Shown in pieces: positions 39,209 through 50,800 of a stretch of DNA of 64,000 nt. Every line of letters starts with the position of its first letter. Positions within the stretch are counted from its first letter, which is position 1. The stretch is taken from assembly GCA_963703955.1 (NCBI GenBank), contig CAVPGK010000010.1, positions 160,001-224,000 on the forward strand. The letters run 5' to 3'. The position numbers and the translations under genes were made by a program. This DNA comes from Nitrospirota bacterium. GTDB lineage: Bacteria; Nitrospirota; Nitrospiria; Nitrospirales; Nitrospiraceae. Below the pieces are notes generated by a model. That model did not search any database, was not told the origin of the DNA, and saw only the letters and a program-made list of their open reading frames with translations.

Positions 39209-41255
39209 ATGAAGCAAGCGTTACCGACCGGCACCGATAAGAAAGGTAAGAAGGTTGCGATCGCCACATTTCTCATCGGCGTGTTGGGCATGACGGCTAT
39301 CTTGGCGGCCATCTGGATCGCCGGCTTGTCAAATGTGGGACATCTCGTCGAGAACATTGTGGCGGCTTACTTCTTGGTCTGGGCACTCGTTGCGCTCTTA
39401 TCCGACCTACCTCGGGAGGAGTTGAGGAAACGCTTCGCTCTCACCACCGTGACAATCATGTCCTGCCTGTTGCTTGTTGAGATCCCTGCGTGGTTAGGGG
39501 TCGTCGATTATCGCCATCGTCTTCAAGAGCCCGGGTTTATACATGTGGGAAGAGCCTGGGAAAGTCTCCGACGATGAGTTGGTCTGGGTTCACGAGCCGC
39601 ACTATCGTGTGAGCGGAAAATACGTGCGAGGAAACTTGGGAGAAGCACTCTGTCTTCCACCCAACACTCCGCAGGAGTATGACCTGATATATGATCAGCA
39701 TGGATTTCGGAACGAGGCGGATTTGGTGACGGCCGACATCGCCGTGGTGGGTGATTCCTATGTGGAGGCGCCCATGACACCCACCCCGTTCTTGATGACA
39801 TCCGTATTAGGAGTGTTGGAGAACGCCACGGTCGCGAACCTTGGACTGTCTGGATACGGTCCGCAGCAGGAATTGGCGACCTTGAAACGATACGCGCTCC
39901 CGCTCAACCCTAAAACCATCGTCTGGCTGTTTTACGAGGGGAATGACCTCCCCAATGTCTATGGATATGAGAGAGATATCGCAGCGTTGACCAATGACAC
40001 TCGATTCATGCCGTGGATGCGCTCGTTCAGCAGAAACGCTGTGTTGGCTCTTGGCCGCATCCAGCGGGGATGCGTCCCAGAGGATCGCCTTGCAAAGCGT
40101 TACGCGATCGTACGACAACCTGACGGAAGCCAGGCGCGAGTCCATTTTGCCATCGATGGTGCGACCCTTTCGGAGAAAGATTTGACCCTTTCGGAGAGAG
40201 ATTTGAAAGCCTTGGGCAGGACCGGTTCGATGCTTGAAGAGGCCTATCGCCTCTGTCGAGAGCGAGGCATTCGGTTCGTGGTGGTGTTCGTGCCGGAGAG
40301 ACATCGCGTCTACGACGGTCTCCCCACTGTGGTAGAAGTGTCCGACGAGGTCAAACAGTGGGTCGTCAACGACCTGCCGGAACGGCTCCGCGCAACCGTG
40401 GCGGATATCTCACCCGATATCTCTTATGTCGATTTGACCACGATCTTCAGAACCGAGGTAGAGAAAGACGCGGTCGTGTTCCTGCCGGATGACACACACT
40501 GGACGGTCGAGGGGCATAGGATTGCGGCCCGGGCAGTCCATGACCTCGGGGTGAAGAGTCCAATCTTTGTCGTAAAACAGCATGGGGATCAGCTCACGGA
40601 GCAGGTCGCGCTGATGGTTCGAGGTCCCGATGGCACGATCCGGTATTGGAGCAAAGGAGCTGAACGGCTGTACGGATGGACCCGAGAAGAGTCGCTGGGA
40701 GACAGTTCACACCGCCTGCTGAAAACCAGCTTTCCGAAGCCGCTCCGGAGCATTGAAGCGGAGCTGCTCAAGACCGGGCACTGGAAGGGCACACTGGTGC
40801 ACCAGCGCCGCGATGGCTCGCAAGTGACGGTGGCCAGCCGCTGGGAGGTACAGCGTTATGGGAAGGATCGGTCCACCACAGCGGTTGAAATCAACGGGGA
40901 GCCGGTCGTAGAACAACCGAAAGACCAGTTCACGGAGGATATGGCGCTGATCGTTCGAGGTCCGGACGGTACGATTCGCTACTGGAACAAAGGCGCCGAA
41001 TACCTGTACGGATGGGCCCCACGAGAGACGCTGGGGGACAGTTCACACCGCCTGCTGAAAACCATCTTTCCGAAGCCGCTCCAGAGCATTGAAGCGGAGC
41101 TGCTCAAGGCTGGACACTGGGAAGGCACACTGGTGCACCAGCGCCGCGATGGCTCGCAAGTCACGGTGGCCAGCCGCTGGGAGCTACAGCTTAGTTCGAA
41201 GGACCAGTCCGCAACAATCGTTGAAATCAACAGGGATCGCCAGAGAGACGGCTAG
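39209..41255 (+). pseudogene. Membrane-anchored SGNH (AlgX/AlgJ-like) domain fused to two PAS domains; frameshift near 39514
   Basis: 3 TM helices; reading GAT TAT CGC (C) ATC GTC TTC joins the two ORFs. SGNH blocks GDSY, G, GND and DDTH; two PAS domains (GTIRYW..GAE.LYGW). May be a sequencing error rather than a true pseudogene. Confidence 0.75.
40595..41234 (+). repeat. 336-bp tandem duplication (PAS domain)
   Basis: Copies start at 40595 and 40931 and share long identical runs, e.g. GACAGTTCACACCGCCTGCTGAAAACCA. Confidence 0.9.
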
Positions 41256-41609
41256 AGGCACGGCTCTCTCGCCCACCGCGCCAGTGAAGACTGGAAATCT
41301 CAGACAACTCCCATTGGCCGACAAAAGAACGCCCTGAGCCCCGTTCCCCTACCCACACGAACAGCGAACTTGGAAGCCCCGCCCTGCGGGAAGAGAAGAA
41401 GAGCTCGGTCTACCGCGATCAGGCTTCTGCGATGTTAAGATGACCGTATGGTGCTCCCACCCTGAGTCAGGGGGCTACACTGTGGCTATCATCTACTGTG
41501 GACCCCGAAGGTACTGGAAAAGAGATCCGGAGGTGAGGGACGATTTGCGGTGGGATGAGTAACTTCGTGTGGCGGTCAATGATCTGTTTTGCGATCTGTT
41601 AGGCTGAGC

Positions 41610-44204
41610 ATGGGGCTTACGAGCTATCGTCGCAAGAGAGACTTCGAACGCTCGCCGGAACCTCGCGGCCGTGCCCGCCCGTCTGATCACGAACGGCTCT
41701 ATGTCATTCAAAAGCATGCTGCAAGCCGCCTCCATTATGATTTGCGATTAGAACAGGGCGGAGTACTCAAGAGCTGGGCTGTACCCAAAGGACCCAGCCT
41801 TGATCCGAAAGACAAGCGTTTGGCTGTTGAAGTCGAAGATCATCCGGTTGAGTATGGTTCCTTTGAAGGCGTGATTCCCAAGGGAGAATATGGCGCCGGG
41901 ACCGTGCTGCTCTGGGACCGCGGGCGCTGGATACCGGAGGGCGATCCGGCGGAAGATTTGAAAAAAGGGAGACTGAAGTTTCGGCTGGAGGGAGAGAAAT
42001 TACGAGGTGGTTGGACCATGGTGCGGCTTCGCGACCGTGGAACAGGTTCCAAACAGCCCAATTGGCTCCTGATCAAGGAGAACGATGAAACGGCCAGCCC
42101 TCAAGCCAAGCGAGACGTTCTTCAACGGCAGCCGGAGAGCGTGGCGAGCAAGCGAACAATAGAGGAGATCGCGCAGGCAGCCCACCGGGTCTGGCGTCGT
42201 GGCCATGGTGAAGAGCAACAAGATAAGTGGCGACCGAAGCCGTCACGGATCGAACGAGCGAAGAAGTCTGCCCTGGCGACGGCCGTCCAGTTCCAGCTTG
42301 CCACATTGACCGATGAGCCGCCGATTGGAGACGAATGGCTGCATGAGATCAAACTGGACGGCTATCGGCTGCAGTGTCGCATTCACAAGGGAACGGTGCG
42401 GTTGTTTACCCGAACCGGACAGGATTGGACCGGCCGTTTCCCCGGCATCGCGTCGGCGGCTGCACAGCTCCCCGTGGAGGTGGCGCTCCTTGATGGTGAG
42501 ATCGTCGCATTGGCGCCCGATGGGCGAAGCTCCTTTCAATTGCTGCAACAGACCCTGAGCGAAGGAAATCCAACCGCGCTCCTCTACTATGTATTCGATC
42601 TGCTCTATCTCGACGGCTTTGATCTCTCGTCGGTTCCCCTGGAAGTCCGTAAGGACACGCTGAAGCAGCTACTCGGCCTTGTGCCCCGTGCCCCGACCAT
42701 TCGGTACAGTGATCATGTGGTGGGAGATGGCGCCGCGTTCTATCGAGAGGCCTGCCGACTCGGATTGGAGGGCATGATTTCTAAGCGGAGGCTTGCGCCA
42801 TTTCGGCCGGGAAGGGGGCATGATTGGATCAAGGTCAAGTGCCTACAACGACAAGAATTCGTGGTGGGGGGATTTACGGAGCCATCCGGTTCTCGAAGCG
42901 GATTGGGCGCGCTCCTGCTCGGAGTATACGAAGACGGCCACCTAGTCTATGCCGGGCGCGTGGGAACCGGTTTCAGTACCCGGGTACTGAAACAGCTTCG
43001 AGCCCGACTCAATGGTCTGAGGGTGGACCGATCTCCATTTCGGACGCCAGTTCCCGGGGGGTCTCACGGCGTGACATGGGTGAGACCTGAACTCGTCGGC
43101 GAAGTGGGTTTCAGTGAATGGACTGCAGACGGACTCCTTCGCCATCCCTCCTTTCAGGGGATTCGTGAGGAGAAGAACCCTCGCGATGTACGCCGCGAAC
43201 GTCCCAAACCGGCTCTCGATGCCACGAAGTCTGGTCAAACCCTCTCTTCGCAACCCAAGCCGACACGGCGTCACTCTTCAAGTCAGCCGATAACCGATGT
43301 GCGCGTTGCGAACTCGGGGAGTGCCGGCCTCAGCTTGACTCATCCCGAGCGGGTCCTCTATCCGGACCAAGGCCTCACCAAGCGCGACCTGGCGACGTAT
43401 TACGAATCCATCGCGGACTGGATTCTGCCGCACATCGCCGGTCGGCCGCTCATGGTGGTTCGTTGTCCGGAAGGGTATCAAGGGAAATGTTTCTACCAGA
43501 AACATGCCAATGAGGCAGTGCCTGCGGCGGTGAAGGCCGTCGAGATACAAGAGAAGGCAAAAGAGCCCGCTCGATATCTAATGGTCGATGATCTCGCCGG
43601 ATTGATCGCCCTCGTTCAGATGGACGTGCTGGAATTGCATGTGTGGGGCGCACGCGTCGATCGAATCGAGACCCCTGACCGTATGGTGTTCGACCTGGAC
43701 CCCGACGAGCGTCTTCCGTGGCGCACAGTCGTGGCAGCCGCCAAACTTGTCAGGGACAGGCTTGCCACATTGGGTCTCGCGAGTTGGGTCAAGACCACCG
43801 GTGGTAAAGGTCTGCACGTGGTCGTCCCTCTGACCGGTCCCAACACTTGGGAGGAGGTCAAGAGTTTTTCACAGGCCGTTGCCCAGAGTCTAGCGAAAGA
43901 CGCGCCGGATCGGTACACCAGCAAGATGTCGAAGGCGGGCCGCGCAGGCAAAATCTTCATCGACTATCTCCGCAATGGTCGCGGAGCCACGGCGGTCGCG
44001 GCGTATTCCACTCGCGCCCGATCGAGCGCGACGGTCTCGGTCCCGGTGAGTTGGGAAGAATTAAGCCGCACGACCTCAGATCGATTCACTGTGAAGAACG
44101 TGCCGCGCCGGCTTACCGGTCTCAAGCATGATCCGTGGCGAGGATTCTGGAACGTTCGCCAGTCGATCACGCAGTCGGCGCGGCGTTCTCTGAGGCTCAT
44201 CTAA
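41610..44204 (+). CDS. ligD: NHEJ DNA ligase D (phosphoesterase-ligase-polymerase)
   Basis: QKHAASRLHYDLRLE; EIKLDGYR, EGMISK; FDLDP, KTTGGKGLH, IFIDYLRN. Confidence 0.96.
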   Translation: MGLTSYRRKRDFERSPEPRGRARPSDHERLYVIQKHAASRLHYDLRLEQGGVLKSWAVPKGPSLDPKDKRLAVEVEDHPVEYGSFEGVIPKGEYGAGTVLLWDRGRWIPEGDPAEDLKKGRLKFRLEGEKLRGGWTMVRLRDRGTGSKQPNWLLIKENDETASPQAKRDVLQRQPESVASKRTIEEIAQAAHRVWRRGHGEEQQDKWRPKPSRIERAKKSALATAVQFQLATLTDEPPIGDEWLHEIKLDGYRLQCRIHKGTVRLFTRTGQDWTGRFPGIASAAAQLPVEVALLDGEIVALAPDGRSSFQLLQQTLSEGNPTALLYYVFDLLYLDGFDLSSVPLEVRKDTLKQLLGLVPRAPTIRYSDHVVGDGAAFYREACRLGLEGMISKRRLAPFRPGRGHDWIKVKCLQRQEFVVGGFTEPSGSRSGLGALLLGVYEDGHLVYAGRVGTGFSTRVLKQLRARLNGLRVDRSPFRTPVPGGSHGVTWVRPELVGEVGFSEWTADGLLRHPSFQGIREEKNPRDVRRERPKPALDATKSGQTLSSQPKPTRRHSSSQPITDVRVANSGSAGLSLTHPERVLYPDQGLTKRDLATYYESIADWILPHIAGRPLMVVRCPEGYQGKCFYQKHANEAVPAAVKAVEIQEKAKEPARYLMVDDLAGLIALVQMDVLELHVWGARVDRIETPDRMVFDLDPDERLPWRTVVAAAKLVRDRLATLGLASWVKTTGGKGLHVVVPLTGPNTWEEVKSFSQAVAQSLAKDAPDRYTSKMSKAGRAGKIFIDYLRNGRGATAVAAYSTRARSSATVSVPVSWEELSRTTSDRFTVKNVPRRLTGLKHDPWRGFWNVRQSITQSARRSLRLI

Positions 44205-44224
44205 CGACGGCTGCCCGAAATCCA

Positions 44225-46013
44225 TTACGGTTCTTCCTGCACCGTCACGGTGTAGTCGCCGGTTCCCGCCGGAGAATAGTGCCGAACCTGCAGCCGATAC
44301 TTACCCGGCTTCAAGGTCGTGCTGACCTTCGCGTTCGATCCGTCGCCGTCGTCATCATCCTCTTCAACCAGAGTGGTTTCACTATTGGGCCCAAAGACGC
44401 TCATGACCACATCTGTCAAGCCATGTGTTTCGATCGTATATCGCTTCTCGCGTGAAACCTGGAACTCATACTGATCCTTCTCGCCCGGTTGGCCAATCGA
44501 TCCCTGGGTCGGAGGAGGTGGTGGCGGAATGATGGGGAGCGGTGTGATGCCTACTGGTGGAGGTTGCTGACTTTGAGCAAAGGCGGACAACAGCCCTGCG
44601 CCACACGGCTTCGGACATTGGGCCGCATTTCGCGGAATCGCATCATGCTGAAGCCTTGCCAGAGTCTGGCCTGGAATCATCTGCCGGCGCCTCTGCGATC
44701 AATAGAGCCGCGACGCCCGCCACGTGAGGAGCGGCCATCGATGTCCCGTTGTACAAAGCATACCCGCCTTGCACCATGCTCAAGATCCCGTCCGCCTTTC
44801 CATCGCCGTTGTCATCTCTGCGGACGTCTCCACCCGGCGCCATGATCTCGACCATAGATCCGAAATTGGAGTATCGAGTGACGAGGTGGCCACGGGCATC
44901 GCTGGCGGCAACGGTAATGGCAAGATCACAGCTTGCCGGAGACACCTGAGAGGCGTCCACGGCGTCATTTCCGGCTGCGACGACGACAACCGCGCCGGCC
45001 TCAACCGCATCTTGGATGGCCGACTGGGTAGCCGGGTCACCGGAACATGGGACGCCCGGGGGAGTCCCCAGGCTCATATTGATGACCCGCGCCGGATGCG
45101 GATTATTCGGCACACCGGGAACCGATAGACCTGCGGCCCAACGAATCCCATCGTTGATGTCTGCGGTGGTCCCTCCGCACTTGCCAAGCACTCGGACAGC
45201 CTGTAACTTCACCTTCCAATTCACCCCCGCCACACCGGCTCCGTTGTCGGTCCTACCCACGCCAACGGTTCCCGCCACGTGCGTACCGTGCCAACTGCTC
45301 CCCTCTGCAGGACTGCCCGGCCCACACTCGTTTTCGGCCACGGCGTCCCCGGGGTCCGTCGGATCATTGTCGCGGCCCCCTCCATCGTTGGCAATCGACG
45401 AATCGGAAATCATATCGAAGCCGGACACCAGGTTCGGTGAGCCGGAGATATCGGGGTGGTTGGGAAGAATTCCCGTATCGATCACGGCTACCACCACATC
45501 GGCGCTCCCCGTGTTCGTCTCCCAGGCCTTGGGCAAATTGATGCCCCCTGGGGACTCCCCCTGCCCCGTCCCGTTGTTATGAAGGTCCCACTGCTCTGCA
45601 TAATGAATGTCGTTGGGTGCTTTGACGATCCGTTTGATCCAGTTGGGCTGCGCATATTCGACATCGGATCGAGCCTTCAGTTCTTGGACAACCGCCAGGG
45701 TCCGGTCTTGGACGGCAGCTGGAGCCATCGAGCGAGTGGTTGACGGAGGGATACGATAAAGGATTTCACCGCCGGAGGTCCGTTGCTCAGCTTCCTCAAC
45801 CCCTAATCGCGATTTCGCGGAGGCATCAAGATTCCGCGATGCCTTCATCTTGACGATCACTTCACCGGGAACGAAATTCGGCTTGCCAGAGGATTGACGC
45901 TCCAGAAGCCGTTGGACTTCCTCCGGCGTGCGATCCTTGGCCCATCCAGAAGGACCGCCGAGAAGCATTGCTGTGCTGATCATCATTGGGACAAGCAGAC
46001 GAGAGGGTTTCAT
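44225..46013 (-). CDS. Subtilisin-like S8 serine peptidase with prodomain and C-terminal PPC-like domain; frameshift near 44685
   Basis: VAVIDTG, HGTHVAG, GTSMAAPHVAG. The continuation MIPGQTLARL..CGAGLLSA and the PPC-like domain are in the shifted frame. Confidence 0.88.
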
Positions 46014-46043
46014 GACTTACTCCTTTTCTTCTAATGGTATAGT

Positions 46044-46736
46044 GTGACGAGACGCACTGAGGAGAACACGGTGATCTTCTTTGACAGCCATCGACATCGA
46101 TGGATCATTGTTTTCACTCTCTCGTTCATCTGTATGGGGATGCCCATTTCAGCGGCCCCGTTTGTTCCGGGCGACGTGATCCTCAAATTCATGGACGGAT
46201 CAGAGAGCGATGTCGCGGTCACCCGAGCCGGCGAGCCCGGTCCAAGCAACCTGCATTCCTTAATACCGCTCGTTCACCGTCTCCAGGACAAAACTGAGGT
46301 CCCCTTAAAACCCAAACAGATCTTGAGCGGCCGGCGGCTTCTCGTCTCCGTAGATGCAGACAAGCTCGCGGAGCGGCTCGTCGAGCAACTGCGGGGACGT
46401 GAAAACGTGGCCGCTGCCGAAGTCAGCCAGCAAAGATTCAAGAACGAAGAACGCGTGTCATTGCCCAGCAAGGTTCTGATCGAATTCGTGCCCGGGAGCC
46501 CCGAATCTGAATCGGTCAGGCAAAAAGCGAGCGATGCAGACGCTGCCGGCTTCGCGACGCTTCTCTCGGATTTGGAAAAAGATCTTCATCTCCCGTTGAA
46601 GGGAGAGGCCGTCGCTCAGGCCAAACTCTTGCTCCAAGTCGATTTCATCAAACTGACTCTTGCCGTAGTTGATCGGCTCAAGAGCGTCGCCGAGATCGAG
46701 TCGGCGCAGCCCAACTTCCTCATGAGGATCAGATAA
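46044..46736 (+). CDS. Secreted protein made of two subtilase prodomain-like repeats
   Basis: Mature part begins PFVPGDVILKF and ends LKSVAEIESAQPNF, matching the neighbouring S8 prodomain (FVPGEVIVKM..LKARSDVEYAQPNW). Confidence 0.7.
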   Translation: MTRRTEENTVIFFDSHRHRWIIVFTLSFICMGMPISAAPFVPGDVILKFMDGSESDVAVTRAGEPGPSNLHSLIPLVHRLQDKTEVPLKPKQILSGRRLLVSVDADKLAERLVEQLRGRENVAAAEVSQQRFKNEERVSLPSKVLIEFVPGSPESESVRQKASDADAAGFATLLSDLEKDLHLPLKGEAVAQAKLLLQVDFIKLTLAVVDRLKSVAEIESAQPNFLMRIR

Positions 46737-46949
46737 CCGATCAGCAACGGACGGCAATTGGTGTGAGCAATGGCTGTGCCACTGTCGCACCGCGGAGCGA
46801 AAACTCTTCGAGCGCGTAAACCTACTGGAAGGATTCGGAAAAGAGAGCGTAGTCGCATCGTGAAGAACTGAAGAGAAATGGTGGTCGTCTATCTGAAAGG
46901 ATACGGCCGTGAAGGTTTAGATACATTTTCATTGGCCTGGGCGGTCGCC

Positions 46950-47762
46950 TCATGATTTCGATTTCGTAGATTCGATCGAGTCGAGAGCGGCAAACAGGTC
47001 GGGGTATCGAAACGTGTATTCCAGCTCGGTCAGAAGTTTTTTATTTGAGATTCTTTTCCCAGGACGATGATCTCTACTGATCTCCAGCGATCCCAGCGCC
47101 CAACGTTGAGACGCTTCCTGACAAATATCGCTCCATAGCCGCGGTTGACCATCACTGACATTGTAAGTTTCTCCCGGCCTTCCGCGTTCCAGCGCCAACA
47201 CACAAATCGCCGCCAAGTCCTCCACGTGAATGAGGTTGACGTAGCGAGCTGATGCACCTACCTTTCCGTGGCGGATCCAATCCAACACATTTCGCCCTGG
47301 GCCGTAGATGCCCGCCACGCGAAAAATGATGGCCTGATAATGTATCCGCAGATATTCCTCGCAGCGCACGCGCGGGCGTGCAAGATCGATCGGCGAAGAT
47401 TCCAGAATGACCGATGGTGGCGCCGTTCCCGCCGAGTCGCCAACGTCGTATGCGGAGGTGCTGCCCAGCACGACGATCCGACCCGCCTGTGTGAGGACCT
47501 TCTCAGCAAACCGTTCGACCGCTTCCTGCGGCACGGCCGGAAAACACCAAATCAGATGGCTGCCGCGCGGGATATTCTGCCAGGTTTCTTGAGATTCGAG
47601 GTCAAACGTGATGCGTTCTCCAGTTGGCATGGAGATGAGGCGCGTGTGGGGAGAACGGCTGCTCGCAAGAACATGTATGCCTTGTGTCGCTGCGTGGGCG
47701 TAGATGAATCGGCCTGTGTAGCCGGTGCCCAGAATGACGAGCGGCTTCTGGCTCGTTTGCAT
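46950..47762 (-). CDS. NAD-dependent epimerase/dehydratase (atypical SDR)
   Basis: ILGTGYTG, GSTSAY, RVAGIYGPGR, NLIHVEDLA, YNVSD. Confidence 0.85.
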   Translation of the reverse strand: MQTSQKPLVILGTGYTGRFIYAHAATQGIHVLASSRSPHTRLISMPTGERITFDLESQETWQNIPRGSHLIWCFPAVPQEAVERFAEKVLTQAGRIVVLGSTSAYDVGDSAGTAPPSVILESSPIDLARPRVRCEEYLRIHYQAIIFRVAGIYGPGRNVLDWIRHGKVGASARYVNLIHVEDLAAICVLALERGRPGETYNVSDGQPRLWSDICQEASQRWALGSLEISRDHRPGKRISNKKLLTELEYTFRYPDLFAALDSIESTKSKS

Positions 47763-47855
47763 TGGTGCCCAGTCCCCTGGTGAACGCCTTCATTGTACTC
47801 TGTCATTGCGATGTTGCGCAGTGTGTTGGCTGTTCGAACGTGTTAAGATTCGATC

Positions 47856-50800
47856 ATGCCGCTGTCTCAATTTCACCCGATCATCTCGGACTGGTTTCGC
47901 GGTCGTTTTGGAACACCTACCGATGTCCAGGCCAAGAGTTGGCCGGTGATCCAATCGGGCCGGGATGTTCTGATTGCCGCACCAACCGGATCAGGCAAGA
48001 CCCTCGCCGCGTTTCTTTCCTGTATCAATTCCCTTTTTCAACAGGCGCTGGCGGGAGCATTAGAAGACCGGACCCATGTCCTCTATGTCTCGCCGCTCAA
48101 GGCGTTGAGCAATGACGTGCAGAAGAACCTGCAACAACCGCTCGCCGAGATTGCTGACGCGGCGCTCGCCGCAGGGCTGCTGATGCCGGAGCTTCGGGTG
48201 ACGGTCCGTACGGGTGACACGCCGGTCTGGGACCGGCAACAGATGCTCAAGCGCCCGCCGCATGTTCTGATCACAACCCCTGAATCGCTCTATCTCCTGC
48301 TGACCGCCGAAAAGAGCCGGAAGATACTCGCTGACGTCCGAACCGTGATCATCGATGAAATCCACGCGGTCGCGCCGAATAAACGGGGGGCGCATCTGGC
48401 GCTGTCTCTTGAGCGGCTCGAGGCGCTCACGCAAACTCATCCGGTGCGCATCGGCCTGTCCGCAACACAACGGCCCATCGATACCGTCGCGCAGTTTCTC
48501 GTGGGCCGGCGTTCTCTGCCGCAGATCATCGATATCGGCCATCGCCGGGAGATGGACGTGGCGGTCGAGGTCCCGAAGGATGAATTGGGCGCGGTGGCGA
48601 CCAACGCGATATGGAGCGAGATCTACGACCGGCTGGCCGAATTGATTCGTGAGCATCGATCTACGTTGATCTTCGTCAATACACGCCGTTTGGCGGAACG
48701 GGTCTCGCATCATCTTTCCGAGCGGTTACATACGTTGGGATCTCATGCCGTGGCGGCTCATCATGGAAGTCTGTCTCGCCAGATTCGGCTCTCCGCTGAA
48801 GAACGGCTCAAGGTGGGGAAGACCCGGGTGGTTGTGGCAACAGCCTCGTTGGAACTTGGGATTGATATCGGAACGGTCGACCTTGTCTGCCAGATCGGAT
48901 CGCCTCGCGCAATCGCCGTCTGCCTGCAGCGGGTCGGGCGGTCCGGCCATTGGATCGGTGCACTGCCGAAGGGCCGGTTGTTCGCCGCGACTCGCGATGA
49001 GTTGCTCGAGTGCGCGGCGCTCATCCGAGCCATACGAACCGGCGCACTCGACCGGCTGGACGTTCCGGCGGCGCCGCTCGACATTCTTGCCCAGCAGATC
49101 GTCGCGGGCGCGGCGACGCAAGAGTGGCGCGAAGACGACCTCTACGAGCTCTGCCGGCGCGCGTATCCGTACCGGGAACTCGACCGGGCTGCGTTCGATG
49201 CCGTCGTTCGAATGCAGGCGGACGGGATCACGACGCGCCGCGGGCGGGGACGCGCGTACCTGCATCATGATCGCATCAACCGGCGGATTCGCGGGAGACG
49301 AGGCGCCAGGCTGGCGGCCATCACGTCGGGCGGAGCGATCCCGGATACCGCCAATTACGCCGTCATCGCGGAGCCGGATGGGACCGTCGTGGGGTCGGTT
49401 GACGAGGACTTTGCGGTCGAGAGCCTGGCCGGAGACATCATCCTGCTCGGGAACTCATCATGGAAGATTCGCGGCGTGGAAACGGGGCGGGTTCGCGTCG
49501 AAGACGCGCACGGCGCGCCTCCGACCATTCCCTTCTGGCGCGGCGAGGCGCCGTCGCGCACCGCCGAGCTTTCGGGGGAAGTGGCTTCGCTGAGAGCGCA
49601 GATTGACCGGCTCGCGCCGCAGGACGAGCGTGGTCAAGGCTACGGCCACGCGATCCGGTGGTTACAGACCGAATGCGGGCTGGACCGTCGAGGGGCCGAG
49701 CAGGCGGTCGCCTATGTGGCAGCAGGGCGCGCAGTGCTCGGCGCGGTGCCGACGCAGGACACGATTATTGCCGAACGATTCTTCGATGAAGGGGGCGGGA
49801 TGCAGTTGATTCTGCACGCGCCGTTCGGGGGCCGCCTCAATCGGGCCTGGGGACTGGCTCTTCGGAAGCGGTTTTGTACGGCCTTCGATTTCGAACTCCA
49901 GGCGGCAGCCACCGACGAAGGCATCGTTGTCTCGCTCGGCGAGCGACACAGCTTTCCCTTGCCGACGATTTTCGGATTTCTCCATCCGGACACGGTGCGC
50001 GATGTCCTGATTCAGGCCGTCCTGGCGGCTCCGATGTTCATGAGTCGCTGGCGCTGGAATGCGACGCGGGCGTTGGCCCTGCTTCGATTCATGAACGGCC
50101 GGCGGGTGGCGCCGCAGATCCAGCGCATGCGCGCGGAAGATCTGCTGGGGGCGGTTTTTCCGGCCGCCACGGCCTGTCAAGACAACCGTCGTGAAGGCCA
50201 GGAGCATGAACTGCCCGACCATCCCTTGGTCAACGAGACAATCCGTGACTGTCTCACAGAGGCGATGGACCTCGAAGGCCTCACCGCCTTGCTGCAACGA
50301 ATCGAGCGGGGAGACATTCGTTGCGTGGCGATCGACACGCCGACACCCTCTCCGTTCTGCCATGAAATCCTCAACGCCAATCCGTATGCGTACCTCGATG
50401 ATGCACCATTGGAAGAACGACGGGCGCGGGCGGTCGAAATGCGGCGAAGCCTGCCGCTGGAACTGGCCGGCAATATGGGAGCCTTGGATGCAGACGCGAT
50501 TGCCGAGGTCGCGGATGAGGCGTGGCCGGTCGTCCGCAATCCCGACGAACTGCATGATGCCTTGCTAACTCTGATCTGGCTGCCGGAGGAAGTAGGAAAG
50601 CGATGGGAGGCGTATCTGCCCTCGTTGATTCAGGCCGGCCGTGCCACGGTGGTCACGGTCCGTCCTGGTGGGGACGGGGAGGAGTTCCGCGGTTGGGTGG
50701 CAACCGAGCGGCTGAGCATGATCCACGCTGTCTTCCCGGATGGCACGTACGGTCCACCACTCGCCAATGTCGAAGGGACCGTGCCGCCGGAACCGGAAGA

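Noticed and set aside
40595..41234. DGR template/variable repeat pair
   Set aside because: Both copies are in-frame PAS domains, the differences are not adenine-specific, and there is no reverse transcriptase in the window.
41482..41562. 26-codon ORF upstream of ligD
   Set aside because: Too short, with no motif support; it is not a ku remnant that I can recognise.
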